A stretch of DNA of 64,000 nt from positions 76,716 through 140,715 of the forward strand of contig JAPLCF010000041.1 of the NCBI GenBank assembly GCA_026392355.1, read 5' to 3'. The notes beneath the pieces are model-generated. The model did no database searches. It was given only the letters and a program-made list of their open reading frames with translations, and had not been told where the DNA came from. Below are positions 51,434 through 59,884 of this stretch, piece after piece; the first letter of the stretch is position 1; the number at the start of each line of letters is the position of its first letter. Both the position numbers and the translations under genes were made by a program. Source of the stretch: Actinomycetota bacterium (lineage in GTDB: Bacteria; Actinomycetota; Thermoleophilia; Gaiellales; F1-60-MAGs149).

Positions 51434-52189
51434 TTAGACGGGATTGACGACGGGCAGAAACGCCGTCGTGATGTCAAAGCGCGCGGCGGCCGCGGCGGCG
51501 AGCGCCTGTACGCCGACGGTCTCGGTCGCGTTGTGGCCGGCGGCAATCAGGTGCACACCGAGCTCTGCGGCGATGTACGCCGAGTCCTCGCGCGGTTCGC
51601 CGGTGATGAACGCGTCAAGGCCCGCCGCGGCCGCCTGGCGGATGTCCTTGGCGGCGCCACCCGACACGATGCCAACGGTGCGCACGGGATGGTCTCCGCC
51701 CGGAAGGACGAGCGGCGTCGATCCAAGCTGTGCGCCGAGCACGGCTGCGACGTCGCTCACCGTGGCGGGGGCGGGCAGCGCGCCCTGTACGCCGAGCAGC
51801 ACACCACCGTGCTCGCCGAAGGGTGTGCGGTCGACGAGGCCGAGCAGATCGGCCAGCAGCGCGTTATTGCCGAGCGTGGGGTGCGCATCGAGGGGCAGGT
51901 GATACGCGAGGAGCGACAGATCGCCCGCGAACATCGTCTGCAGGCGACGTCGCTCGAGCGTGCCGATGACCGGATCATCGCCCTGCCAGAAAAGGCCGTG
52001 GTGCACGAGCAGCGCCTGAGCGCCGTCGGCAATCGCGCGTTCGATGACCTCAAGCGAGATGGAGACGGCGGTGGCAAGGTGCGTCACCTCGTCCGCACCA
52101 ATGACCTGCAGGCCATTCGGCCCGTAGTCCTTGAACGAGCGCGCATCGAGCGTCTCGTCCAGCCAGCTCACGAGGTCCGCGAGCCGCAT
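51434..52189 (-). CDS. Nif3-like dinuclear metal centre protein (GTP cyclohydrolase 1 type 2 family)
   Basis: 251 aa with NGLQV, LVHHGLFW and the C-terminal GHNATE motif. Confidence 0.85.
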   Translation of the reverse strand: MRLADLVSWLDETLDARSFKDYGPNGLQVIGADEVTHLATAVSISLEVIERAIADGAQALLVHHGLFWQGDDPVIGTLERRRLQTMFAGDLSLLAYHLPLDAHPTLGNNALLADLLGLVDRTPFGEHGGVLLGVQGALPAPATVSDVAAVLGAQLGSTPLVLPGGDHPVRTVGIVSGGAAKDIRQAAAAGLDAFITGEPREDSAYIAAELGVHLIAAGHNATETVGVQALAAAAAARFDITTAFLPVVNPV

Positions 52190-52194
52190 GGGGA

Positions 52195-53559
52195 CTAGCC
52201 CGGCTCTCCTGCTCCGAGCGGCAGGCCGTCGGAGCCAGCGGGAATCGCCATCGAGTCGATCTGGTCGACGAGGCGCACGCCAGTGGCGTCGATCTCGAGC
52301 ACGTCACCGTTCTGGCCGACGTGGACGTTCTCGGCCTTGACGCCGTTATCGATCGCCAGCTCGGCCTGGGCGCGCAGCATCTGATCCTCGCCGTGCACGG
52401 GGATCACGACGTTCGGGCGCAGCATGCGAATCATCTCGCTGATCTCGTCGGCACGGGCGTGGCCGGAGACGTGGATCGCGGCATCATGGTGCGTAACGAC
52501 GCGGGCGCCGCGCATGCGCAGCATGTTCTGCATCTCCTCGACCGCGCCCTCGTTGCCAGGAACGGGGCGGGAGGCGTAGACGACGGTGTCGCCGTTGCCG
52601 ATGTGCAGATCGGGGTGCTCGCCACGCGATGCGCGCCCGAGTACGGCGAACTCCTCGGCCTGCGAGCCGGTGCACAGCACCATCGACTTGACGCCAGCGA
52701 TGTCACGGCGCGATAGCGTCGGCAGGTTCGTCGGCATCACCTCGTGCAGGCGCTCGGCGATCTTGACGTTGCGGCGCATCGAGCGGCCAAGGAGCATCAC
52801 CTGGCGGTGCGTGCGGTCGGCGGCGCGCAGCGCATGATCGATGCGATCGATCTGCGAGGAGAAGCTGGTCAGGATGATGCGGCCGGGCGCCTCGTCGATG
52901 ACGTCGTTAAGCGGCTCGATCGTTGTGGCCTCAGACGGCGTGCGTCCGGGCAGCTGCGCATTGGTGGAGTCGCCGAGCATCGCGAGCACGCCGGCGTCAC
53001 CGAGCGCGCTTAGGCGCTTGCGGTCGACCTGGCGGCGGACATCCTGGCCGGTCGCGTCGAGCTTGTAATCGCCGGTATGGACGATTGTGCCGAGCTTCGT
53101 GTGCAGTGCGATCGCCGTGGGATCGGGAATCGAGTGCGCGACGCGGATGAACTCCGCGGTGATCGAGCCGATCTCGACCATGTCGCCCGGCTGGACCGAG
53201 ACGAGCGGCGGCAGCGGCAGATCGTGCTCTGACAGCTTGGCCTCGACCATCGCGATAGTGAATGGCAGCGAGACGATGCGGCCGATCGGCGTGCCCGTGC
53301 GGATCAGGTGCGCGAGCGCAGCAACATGGTCGTCGTGGGCGTGCGTGACGAGGACGGCGTCAACGGGCTTGCCGCGCATCACGCGCACGTCGGGCAGGAA
53401 GATATCGACGCCGAGGCCGCGATCATCGCCGTGCGGGAAGCCGATGCCGCAATCGATCACGATGCGAATGCCGTCGTGCTCGACGACCATCATGTTGCGC
53501 CCGACTTCGCCGAGACCGCCAATGGGGGTAATGCGAATCGGATCCGACACGTCCGACAC
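52195..53559 (-). CDS. rnj: Ribonuclease J (metallo-beta-lactamase/beta-CASP), short form
   Basis: 454 aa with motifs HAHDDH, GDSTNA and a C-terminal HVSGHA. It lacks about 100 aa of the usual C-terminal domain. Confidence 0.85.
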   Translation of the reverse strand: MSDVSDPIRITPIGGLGEVGRNMMVVEHDGIRIVIDCGIGFPHGDDRGLGVDIFLPDVRVMRGKPVDAVLVTHAHDDHVAALAHLIRTGTPIGRIVSLPFTIAMVEAKLSEHDLPLPPLVSVQPGDMVEIGSITAEFIRVAHSIPDPTAIALHTKLGTIVHTGDYKLDATGQDVRRQVDRKRLSALGDAGVLAMLGDSTNAQLPGRTPSEATTIEPLNDVIDEAPGRIILTSFSSQIDRIDHALRAADRTHRQVMLLGRSMRRNVKIAERLHEVMPTNLPTLSRRDIAGVKSMVLCTGSQAEEFAVLGRASRGEHPDLHIGNGDTVVYASRPVPGNEGAVEEMQNMLRMRGARVVTHHDAAIHVSGHARADEISEMIRMLRPNVVIPVHGEDQMLRAQAELAIDNGVKAENVHVGQNGDVLEIDATGVRLVDQIDSMAIPAGSDGLPLGAGEPG

Positions 53560-53645
53560 GGTACCGGGAAGAGGGCTCGCTCGCGCCGGACGCCCGGCAC
53601 ATGCGTCGGGCTGGGAGCGCGGTTTCTGGCATACTCACCACCGCT

Positions 53646-53719
53646 CGGGGTATGGCGCAGCCTGGTAGCGCGCTCCGTTCGGGACGGAGAGGTCCGCAGT
53701 TCGAATCTGCGTACCCCGA
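53646..53719 (+). tRNA. tRNA-Pro (anticodon CGG)
   Basis: Cloverleaf read by hand. Acceptor cggggta/taccccg, D stem gcgc/gcgc, anticodon stem ctccg/cggag with loop ttCGGga, T arm cgcag-ttcgaat-ctgcg, discriminator A. No encoded CCA. Confidence 0.9.
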
Positions 53720-53771
53720 TGAGCGGGTAGGGGACGGCAATCCCGAGCCGTCCGGCACCTACCCTGTGGGC

Positions 53772-54593
53772 ATGCCCTACGGCTGGCCCTACGCAATCCT
53801 TGTCCTGCTGCAGGCGTTGGTGATCCCACTCGTCCGCGATCCCGGCCTGCTGCCGCGCATTCCGCGGCACCCGCTGCTGGGTCTTTTGCCGTTGATCACG
53901 ATCGGCGGCGGCGTGATCGCGCTGGGTGCGATTCCGGGTGCTGTCGGAGCGGTCACCGATCTCGCGGCGCTTGCCGTCCCGCCGCTGGCACTGCTGGCGG
54001 TGCTGCATGTACGGCGTTGGGCCTTGCCACTGGCGATCGTCTCGCCCGTCCTGTGGCTGCTGGCGTGGCGATTGCCGACAAGCGGGTGGACGCAGCTGGC
54101 CGGCGACCTCCTGATCGTGCTGGCCGGTGTCTCGCTGGGACGGCTGACCGGTTGGGTCGCGCCGCGCGCCGCACTCGTCGTCGGTGTGCTGGTCGCCACG
54201 GTCGTGGACATCTGGCAGGTGCTAACGGTGCAGGTCGGACCGGTCGCGCAGGCACTCGCCGCCGCCGAGCCGCCGAGGGGCCTGCCGGGGCTGCAGCAGC
54301 TCGAGCTGCTCGGTGCCTCAGTGGGCTGGGGGGATGTCTATCTCGCGGCGCTGGTGGGTGCGATCGTCGCCGCCAGCGTGCGTGCGACGATTGCCGCGAC
54401 GGTGGCGACGGCCATCGCGGGTCTATTGATGGGGCTCCTCTTCGGCACGTTGGATCTGCTGCCGGCCACGGTACCGTCGGCCGTCGGTCTGGTCGTTGCC
54501 GGCGTGGTCGAGCGCGAGCGCGTTGCTGGTTGGCTGCAAATGACGACCAGCCGCCTGAAAGCCCGTAGGATGCCCGCAGACAAGGAGGCCTGA
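53772..54593 (+). CDS. Polytopic membrane protein with a GxGD motif (possible presenilin/SPP-like or prepilin-peptidase-like intramembrane aspartyl protease)
   Basis: 273 aa from ATG 53772, highly hydrophobic. The motifs VVDIWQV, SVGWGDVYLAALVG and LLPATVP occur in that order. Confidence 0.6.
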   Translation: MPYGWPYAILVLLQALVIPLVRDPGLLPRIPRHPLLGLLPLITIGGGVIALGAIPGAVGAVTDLAALAVPPLALLAVLHVRRWALPLAIVSPVLWLLAWRLPTSGWTQLAGDLLIVLAGVSLGRLTGWVAPRAALVVGVLVATVVDIWQVLTVQVGPVAQALAAAEPPRGLPGLQQLELLGASVGWGDVYLAALVGAIVAASVRATIAATVATAIAGLLMGLLFGTLDLLPATVPSAVGLVVAGVVERERVAGWLQMTTSRLKARRMPADKEA

Positions 54594-54599
54594 CCAGCC

Positions 54600-56069
54600 A
54601 TGGCGACCACGATCAACCTCGACGAACACCTTCTCATCGGAGGCTCCTGGATCGACGCGACGGGCGGTGCCCGCTTCGACGTGACCGACCCCGCGACCGG
54701 CAACAAAGTCGGCTCCATGCCGAACGGCACGGAGGCCGACGTCAAGGCCGCGATCGATGCCGCTGCCGCGGCGCTGCCCGGTTGGCGTTCGACGCCCGCC
54801 ATTCAGCGCGCGCGCATCCTGCGCAAGGCTGCCGACCTGATGCGCGAGCGCGCCGAGGAGATCGCCACGGCGATGACGTCGGAGCAGGGCAAGGCCCTCG
54901 CCGAGGCCAAGGGCGAGGTCGAGTACGCCGCCAGCTTCTTCGAGTGGTTCGCCGGCGAGGCCGAGCGCGTGTACGGCGAGGTCGTCCCGCCGATGAACAC
55001 CAACAACCGCGTGCTCGTGCTGCGCCAGCCGGTCGGCGTCGTCGCTGCGATCACGCCGTGGAACTTCCCGGCCGCGATGATGACCCGCAAGCTCGGCCCC
55101 GCGATGGCCGCCGGGTGCACCAGCGTCGTCAAGCCCGCCAGCGCCACGCCGCTGACCGCCGCGCTCGTGCTGCGCTGCATCGAGGACGCCGGCGCCCCCG
55201 CCGGTGTGGTCAACCTCGTCACGTCGCGCGATGCCGGCATGGTCGCGAACACGATCTTCACCGACGGTCGCGTCAAGAAGATCTCGTTCACCGGCTCCAC
55301 GGAGATCGGCAAGGATCTGATCCGCGCCTCGGCCGAGCAGGTCAAGCGCCTCAGCCTCGAGCTTGGCGGCCACGCGCCGTACATCATCTTCGATGACGCC
55401 GATCTCGACGAGGCCGTCGAGGGTCTGATTGCCTCCAAGTACCGCAACGCCGGCCAGACCTGCGTCTGCGCCAACCGCGCGTTCGTGCAGCGTGGCGTCT
55501 ACGACGCGTTCCTCGCCAAGCTGACCGCCAAGGTCGACGCGATGAAGGTCGGTCATGGCCTCGCCGAGGGCACGGTCATCGGACCGCTGATCGACAGTCG
55601 TGCCGTTGACAAGGCCGACGAGCACGTGCAGGACGCCGTCGCCAAGGGCGCAAAGCTCGTGACGGGTGGCGTACGCCTGACCGACGGCGAGTTCGCCAAC
55701 GGCTCCTTCTACGCACCGACGATCCTTGATGGCGTCACGAAGGAGATGGACATCTTCTACGAGGAGACGTTCGGTCCGGTTGCGGGCCTCACGGTCTTTG
55801 ACACCGAGGACGAGGTCATCGAGCTCGCCAACGACTCGATCTACGGGCTCGCCTCGTACTTCCACACCAAGGATTACGCGCGCCTGATGCGCGTCGCCGA
55901 GCGCCTCGAGTACGGCATCGTCGGCGCCAACGCGGGCATCATCTCGGCTGCCAACGTGCCGTTTGGTGGCGTTAAGCAGTCGGGCTATGGGCGTGAGGGT
56001 GGCTCGGTCGGCATCGACGAGTACCTCGACGTCAAGTACGTCCTGATGGGCGGCGTAGGCACCGTCTGA
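54600..56069 (+). CDS. gabD: NAD(P)+-dependent aldehyde dehydrogenase (succinate-semialdehyde dehydrogenase-like)
   Basis: 489 aa with FTGSTEIG, ELGG and catalytic Cys in GQTCVCANR. The gene symbol is tentative. Confidence 0.85.
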   Translation: MATTINLDEHLLIGGSWIDATGGARFDVTDPATGNKVGSMPNGTEADVKAAIDAAAAALPGWRSTPAIQRARILRKAADLMRERAEEIATAMTSEQGKALAEAKGEVEYAASFFEWFAGEAERVYGEVVPPMNTNNRVLVLRQPVGVVAAITPWNFPAAMMTRKLGPAMAAGCTSVVKPASATPLTAALVLRCIEDAGAPAGVVNLVTSRDAGMVANTIFTDGRVKKISFTGSTEIGKDLIRASAEQVKRLSLELGGHAPYIIFDDADLDEAVEGLIASKYRNAGQTCVCANRAFVQRGVYDAFLAKLTAKVDAMKVGHGLAEGTVIGPLIDSRAVDKADEHVQDAVAKGAKLVTGGVRLTDGEFANGSFYAPTILDGVTKEMDIFYEETFGPVAGLTVFDTEDEVIELANDSIYGLASYFHTKDYARLMRVAERLEYGIVGANAGIISAANVPFGGVKQSGYGREGGSVGIDEYLDVKYVLMGGVGTV

Positions 56070-57007
56070 TGCGTGCGGTTCGCCAACACGCATACGGCGA
56101 GCCGCTCGTCGTCGAGGAGATCGGTCAGCCGACGGTCGGCGTGGGCGAGTCGCTCGTGACGATCGCGTACGGCGCCATCAATCCCCTCGACGTCTGGATC
56201 GCTAACGGTGCGGTGGCAGTAGCGGGTCCGCTGCCGCGGACGCCGGGCTGCGAGGGTGTTGGCACGACGGCCGATGGCGCGCGCGTCGCCTTTCGCGGCG
56301 CCGGCTGCGGACTCGTCCGCGACGGTTCGTGGGCCGAGCAGGTCGCCGTGCCGAACGAGGCGTTGGCGGCTATCCCCGACGGGTGTTCCGATGCGCAGGC
56401 TGCGGCCCTCGGCATTCCCGGCGTGACGGCGTTTGACTGCCTCGAGGCGGCCGAGGTTGGCGCGGGTTCGACCGTACTGGTCCTGGGTGCCTCTGGCGGC
56501 GTCTCGACCATTGCGATGCAGCTCGCCAAGGCACATGGTGCGCGCGTGATCGCGCAGACGTCCTCGCCGAACCGCGTCGGGCAGATCTCGCGCTACTGCG
56601 ACGACGTCATCGTGGCAAGCGCCGACGCGCTTGAGGCCGAGGTACGCGAGGTGGCACCCGACGGCGTCGACGCAATCCTCGATCCGCTCGCTGGTGCGTT
56701 CTCGGAGCCGTGCATCAAGCTGCTCGCCCCGCACGGCACGCTGGTGCTGTACGGCGCCAGTGCCGGTCCGTCGTTCTCGTTCGCGCCGCAGGAGATGTAC
56801 CGCAAGAACGCCAAGGTAATCGGCTACAGCGGCCTGCCCGTGGCTCCTGAGGCGACGGCCCGCTCGATGGAGGCGCTCTTTGCCCTCGTGGCGGCCGGCA
56901 CGCTCGAGGCCGTGATCAGCGACGAGCTCGCCTTCGAGGATGCCAACGAGGCGATCCAGCGCATCAAGGACAACCGCGCCGGCGGCAAGCTGCTGCTCCA
57001 GCCGTAG
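56069..57007 (+). CDS. MDR-family zinc-independent quinone oxidoreductase/alcohol dehydrogenase
   Basis: 312 aa with a GASGGVS nucleotide-binding motif and the typical C-terminal GKLLL. Confidence 0.8.
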   Translation: MRAVRQHAYGEPLVVEEIGQPTVGVGESLVTIAYGAINPLDVWIANGAVAVAGPLPRTPGCEGVGTTADGARVAFRGAGCGLVRDGSWAEQVAVPNEALAAIPDGCSDAQAAALGIPGVTAFDCLEAAEVGAGSTVLVLGASGGVSTIAMQLAKAHGARVIAQTSSPNRVGQISRYCDDVIVASADALEAEVREVAPDGVDAILDPLAGAFSEPCIKLLAPHGTLVLYGASAGPSFSFAPQEMYRKNAKVIGYSGLPVAPEATARSMEALFALVAAGTLEAVISDELAFEDANEAIQRIKDNRAGGKLLLQP

Positions 57008-57014
57008 ACGGCGC

Positions 57015-57072
57015 GACCACCTCGAGTCCTTCGCGTCGTCAGTCGCGATCAACCGAGAGCCTTCGTGTCGCC
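57015..57072. repeat. Partial copy (terminal ~58 nt) of the family 1 repeat
   Basis: gaccacctcgagtccttcgcgtcgtcagtcgcgatcaaccgagagccttcgtgtcgcc aligns at about 80% identity with 18527-18585. Confidence 0.7.
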
Positions 57073-57446
57073 TACCCAGCACCAGCGTCATCAGCGCGGG
57101 CCGCGCGCCGTCGGCAGATGCCCGCCACGACCAGCCGCCAGCCGACGAATCCGACCGCAAGGGCGATCGTCGCGACGATGATGAACGCGGTATCGGGCGC
57201 ACGGCCTCGTTGGATCGTGCGGATCGCCATGCCGACCACGATTGTCACCAGCCAGACCGGAATGATGCGCGTGATCGACCGTGGCGCACGGGCCAGACGC
57301 AGTGCGAACGCGCCCACGATGTAGCCGACGAGGAAGGGCCAGGCAACGCCGATCACGCCCAACAGCGGGCTTCCTTCGCCGTGGCTCTGACGGCCGATGA
57401 TCGCGAACAGGACGATCCATGCGACGTCGAGGAGGAGCCACGGCAT
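57072..57446 (-). CDS. Small membrane protein (DUF3054-like)
   Basis: 124 aa from ATG 57446 (MPWLLLDVAWIVLFAIIGR...) with four hydrophobic helices. Confidence 0.6.
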   Translation of the reverse strand: MPWLLLDVAWIVLFAIIGRQSHGEGSPLLGVIGVAWPFLVGYIVGAFALRLARAPRSITRIIPVWLVTIVVGMAIRTIQRGRAPDTAFIIVATIALAVGFVGWRLVVAGICRRRAARADDAGAG

Positions 57447-57460
57447 ACGATGATGATCGC

Positions 57461-58363
57461 ATGAGCGAACGCCACGAACCCGCACTCGTCCTCGCCGTTG
57501 GTGGCGGGCTCGCGGCTGTGCGTACGGACGCGGGGGAGGAGCGCATCGCGAAGTTTGCTGGTCGCCTCGACCGCCGGCCCGTGGCAGGAGATCGGGTACA
57601 GCTCCTGGTCGAGGCAGAGGAGGGCGGCCGCATCGACGTGATCGAGCCGCGCACCACCGAGCTGCGCCGCCAGCAGCGCATGCGCTCCGAGGGTGAGCGC
57701 GCGATGAAGGAGCAGGTGCTCGCCGTCAATGCCGAGTGTGTGCTGATCGTGGCCTCGATTGCCGATCCGCCGCTGCGGCGCGGCCTGATCGATCGCATCC
57801 TCGTGGCAGCGTGGCGTGGCGGCATGGAGCCGCTGCTGGCGATCACCAAAGAGGATCTGGCTGAGCGCGCGGATGAGGATCCCGAGGTGGTGCTGGCCGA
57901 CTATCGCGCCATCGGCGTTGACGGAGTCGTCATCGACGTGCGGACAGCGGCGGGTGAAGACGCGGTGCGTGCGCTGCTGGCAGGGCGCACCGCCGCAGTC
58001 GTTGGGCATTCCGGCGTGGGCAAGTCAACGCTCGTGAATGCGCTCACTGCTGGGGGGCAGGTGACCGGCGCGATCCACGAGTTGTCGGGGCGGGGGCGGC
58101 ATACGACGACAACAGCCACCTGGCTCGACATGCCGGCGGGAGGCGCGCTCATCGATCTGCCGGGGATCCGCAGCTTCTCGCTCGCCGGCATCACGCCCAA
58201 TGACTTGGCGAGCGCCTTCGGCGACATCGCCGACGCGTCGGCTGGCTGTCGATTTAGCGATTGTCGCCATCTTGGCGATGACGGCTGCGCCGTCGAGGCA
58301 CTGGTCGAGCCGGCACGGCTTGCGTCCTATCGCAAGCTGGTCAACGAGCTCGAGACGACGTAG
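57461..58363 (+). CDS. rsgA: Ribosome small-subunit-dependent GTPase A
   Basis: Circularly permuted GTPase with GHSGVGKSTLVNAL and Zn motif CRFSDCRHLGDDGC. The start is taken at ATG 57461. Confidence 0.9.
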   Translation: MSERHEPALVLAVGGGLAAVRTDAGEERIAKFAGRLDRRPVAGDRVQLLVEAEEGGRIDVIEPRTTELRRQQRMRSEGERAMKEQVLAVNAECVLIVASIADPPLRRGLIDRILVAAWRGGMEPLLAITKEDLAERADEDPEVVLADYRAIGVDGVVIDVRTAAGEDAVRALLAGRTAAVVGHSGVGKSTLVNALTAGGQVTGAIHELSGRGRHTTTTATWLDMPAGGALIDLPGIRSFSLAGITPNDLASAFGDIADASAGCRFSDCRHLGDDGCAVEALVEPARLASYRKLVNELETT

Positions 58364-58367
58364 GGGT

Positions 58368-58406
58368 GGGATGTTCCAAAGGGGTCTGACCCCTTTGGAA
58401 CATCCC
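58368..58406. terminator. Perfect 18-bp hairpin between convergent genes (family 2 repeat unit)
   Basis: gggatgttccaaaggggt-ctg-acccctttggaacatccc starts 5 nt after the rsgA stop and ends 8 nt before the stop of the convergent gene. It is related to the 40-bp arms at 9086-9199. Confidence 0.75.
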
Positions 58407-58413
58407 AACCTCG

Positions 58414-58812
58414 TCAGATACGGCCGAGGGCCTTCTTGATGCGCTCGAGCTCTTGCGACTTCTGTGCGAGCTCCTCGAGCTGTGCCTCGAGCGCGGCGAC
58501 GTGCTGGTGCAGGGCATCGATCGCGGCACGCGCATCAGCGGCGAGGCGATCCGTCTGGCCGCCGACGGCCTTGCGGGTCGCGGCCTTGGCCGACTTGGCA
58601 GACGTCCGCACGCCGCCGCCGCCCGGCTTGCGCTTGGCGATGCGGTAGTAGGTCGTCGTGACGGTCGCGGCCGAGCGGCCGGTCTCCTTCGCCACCTGGG
58701 CGAAGGCCTCGGTCTTGTTCATGCCCGCATCGATCAGTTTCTTGACTGCGTCGTACGTCTCGGGGCCGATCGAGCCGCGGGGTCCCTTGGGAGTAGTACC
58801 GGAATCAGACAT
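58414..58812 (-). CDS. Hypothetical protein with an N-terminal HTH-like segment and a C-terminal coiled coil
   Basis: 132 aa with good GC3 bias. Contains ETYDAVKKLIDAGMNKTEAFAQVAKETGRSAATVTTTYYR and then a heptad-like C-terminus. Confidence 0.6.
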   Translation of the reverse strand: MSDSGTTPKGPRGSIGPETYDAVKKLIDAGMNKTEAFAQVAKETGRSAATVTTTYYRIAKRKPGGGGVRTSAKSAKAATRKAVGGQTDRLAADARAAIDALHQHVAALEAQLEELAQKSQELERIKKALGRI

Positions 58813-58957
58813 ACAAAGAGATTGTCATATCTCACATGTAACTGGGTCAGTGCAAATACACAGATGCTGCGGTAGAAGCCGTATACAAATGGCATTGGCG
58901 TCCGCTTTATTCCACAAGTGATTGCCCTTCCGCGTCGAAGTCGGTCACAATGTGGGT

Positions 58958-59884
58958 ATGCAGACCCGTCTTCGTCTCACTCCCCTCCTCGCTTTGATCG
59001 CGCTGGCCGCCGTGCTTGCCGCGTGTGGGGGCAGCGATCTTGCCTCTGACCCGGGCAAGGTCCTGGCGGATGCCAAGCTGCCACCCGCTGGCCCCAATGC
59101 CTCAACGTTCAAGGCCGAGTTCGTGCCTGCCGCGGACGCAACCAATGGCGACGGTGGCGGAGCACTCGGTGGTCTCGGTGGGCTGCTGGGCGGCCCGATC
59201 ACGATTGAAGCCACCACGCAGGGCGACGCCGCGACGGGCCTGACGGCCGACGCGAAGATCACGGCCGGGCCGCTCGACGTGCCGCTCTCGGTGCGCCAGA
59301 ACGCCGACGACGCCTGGGTGCAGGTTGGTGGGCAGTGGTACGCAGTTGGTCAGCCCCTGGGCATCGACTTCGGCGCGATCGGCGCGCAGCTGGGCGATAT
59401 CTCCAAGCTGATCCGCGACCCCAAGGCCGTGGCCGTCGAGAAGGTCGGCGATGTCGAGTGCGATCGCATCAGCGGCAAGCTCGAGCCTGGTGCTGATCTG
59501 ACGGATCAGCTCGGCAATCTTGCCGAGAATCTGCCGATCGATCTGAGCGCGCTCGCCAAGGGCGATGCGGACGTCAGCGTGTGGGTTGGCCGCTCCGATG
59601 GCCTGATCCACCGTGTGCAGTTGAGTACGGCCCCGTCGGGCGATACCGCTGCGAGTGGTGGGCTGAGCGTCGATCTGAGCGTCGTGGCCGCAGACCCCGT
59701 CACGATCGAGGCGCCCGCTGATGCCAAGCCGATCACCGATCTGCTGACCGGACTGCTCGGCGACGGTGGCGCTGGCGGTCTCGGCGGCCTTCTGCAGGGC
59801 CTCGACCTCGGCTCGCTGCTTGGTGGCTCCGGGCTCGATCCTAGCCAGCTGCTGGATGGTGTGACGAGCGGAGCCGCTGCGTGA
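58958..59884 (+). CDS. Putative lipoprotein
   Basis: ATG 58958 begins a signal peptide with lipobox LAAC (MQTRLRLTPLLALIALAAVLAACGG). Gly/Leu-rich low-complexity segments lie near both ends. Confidence 0.75.
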   Translation: MQTRLRLTPLLALIALAAVLAACGGSDLASDPGKVLADAKLPPAGPNASTFKAEFVPAADATNGDGGGALGGLGGLLGGPITIEATTQGDAATGLTADAKITAGPLDVPLSVRQNADDAWVQVGGQWYAVGQPLGIDFGAIGAQLGDISKLIRDPKAVAVEKVGDVECDRISGKLEPGADLTDQLGNLAENLPIDLSALAKGDADVSVWVGRSDGLIHRVQLSTAPSGDTAASGGLSVDLSVVAADPVTIEAPADAKPITDLLTGLLGDGGAGGLGGLLQGLDLGSLLGGSGLDPSQLLDGVTSGAAA

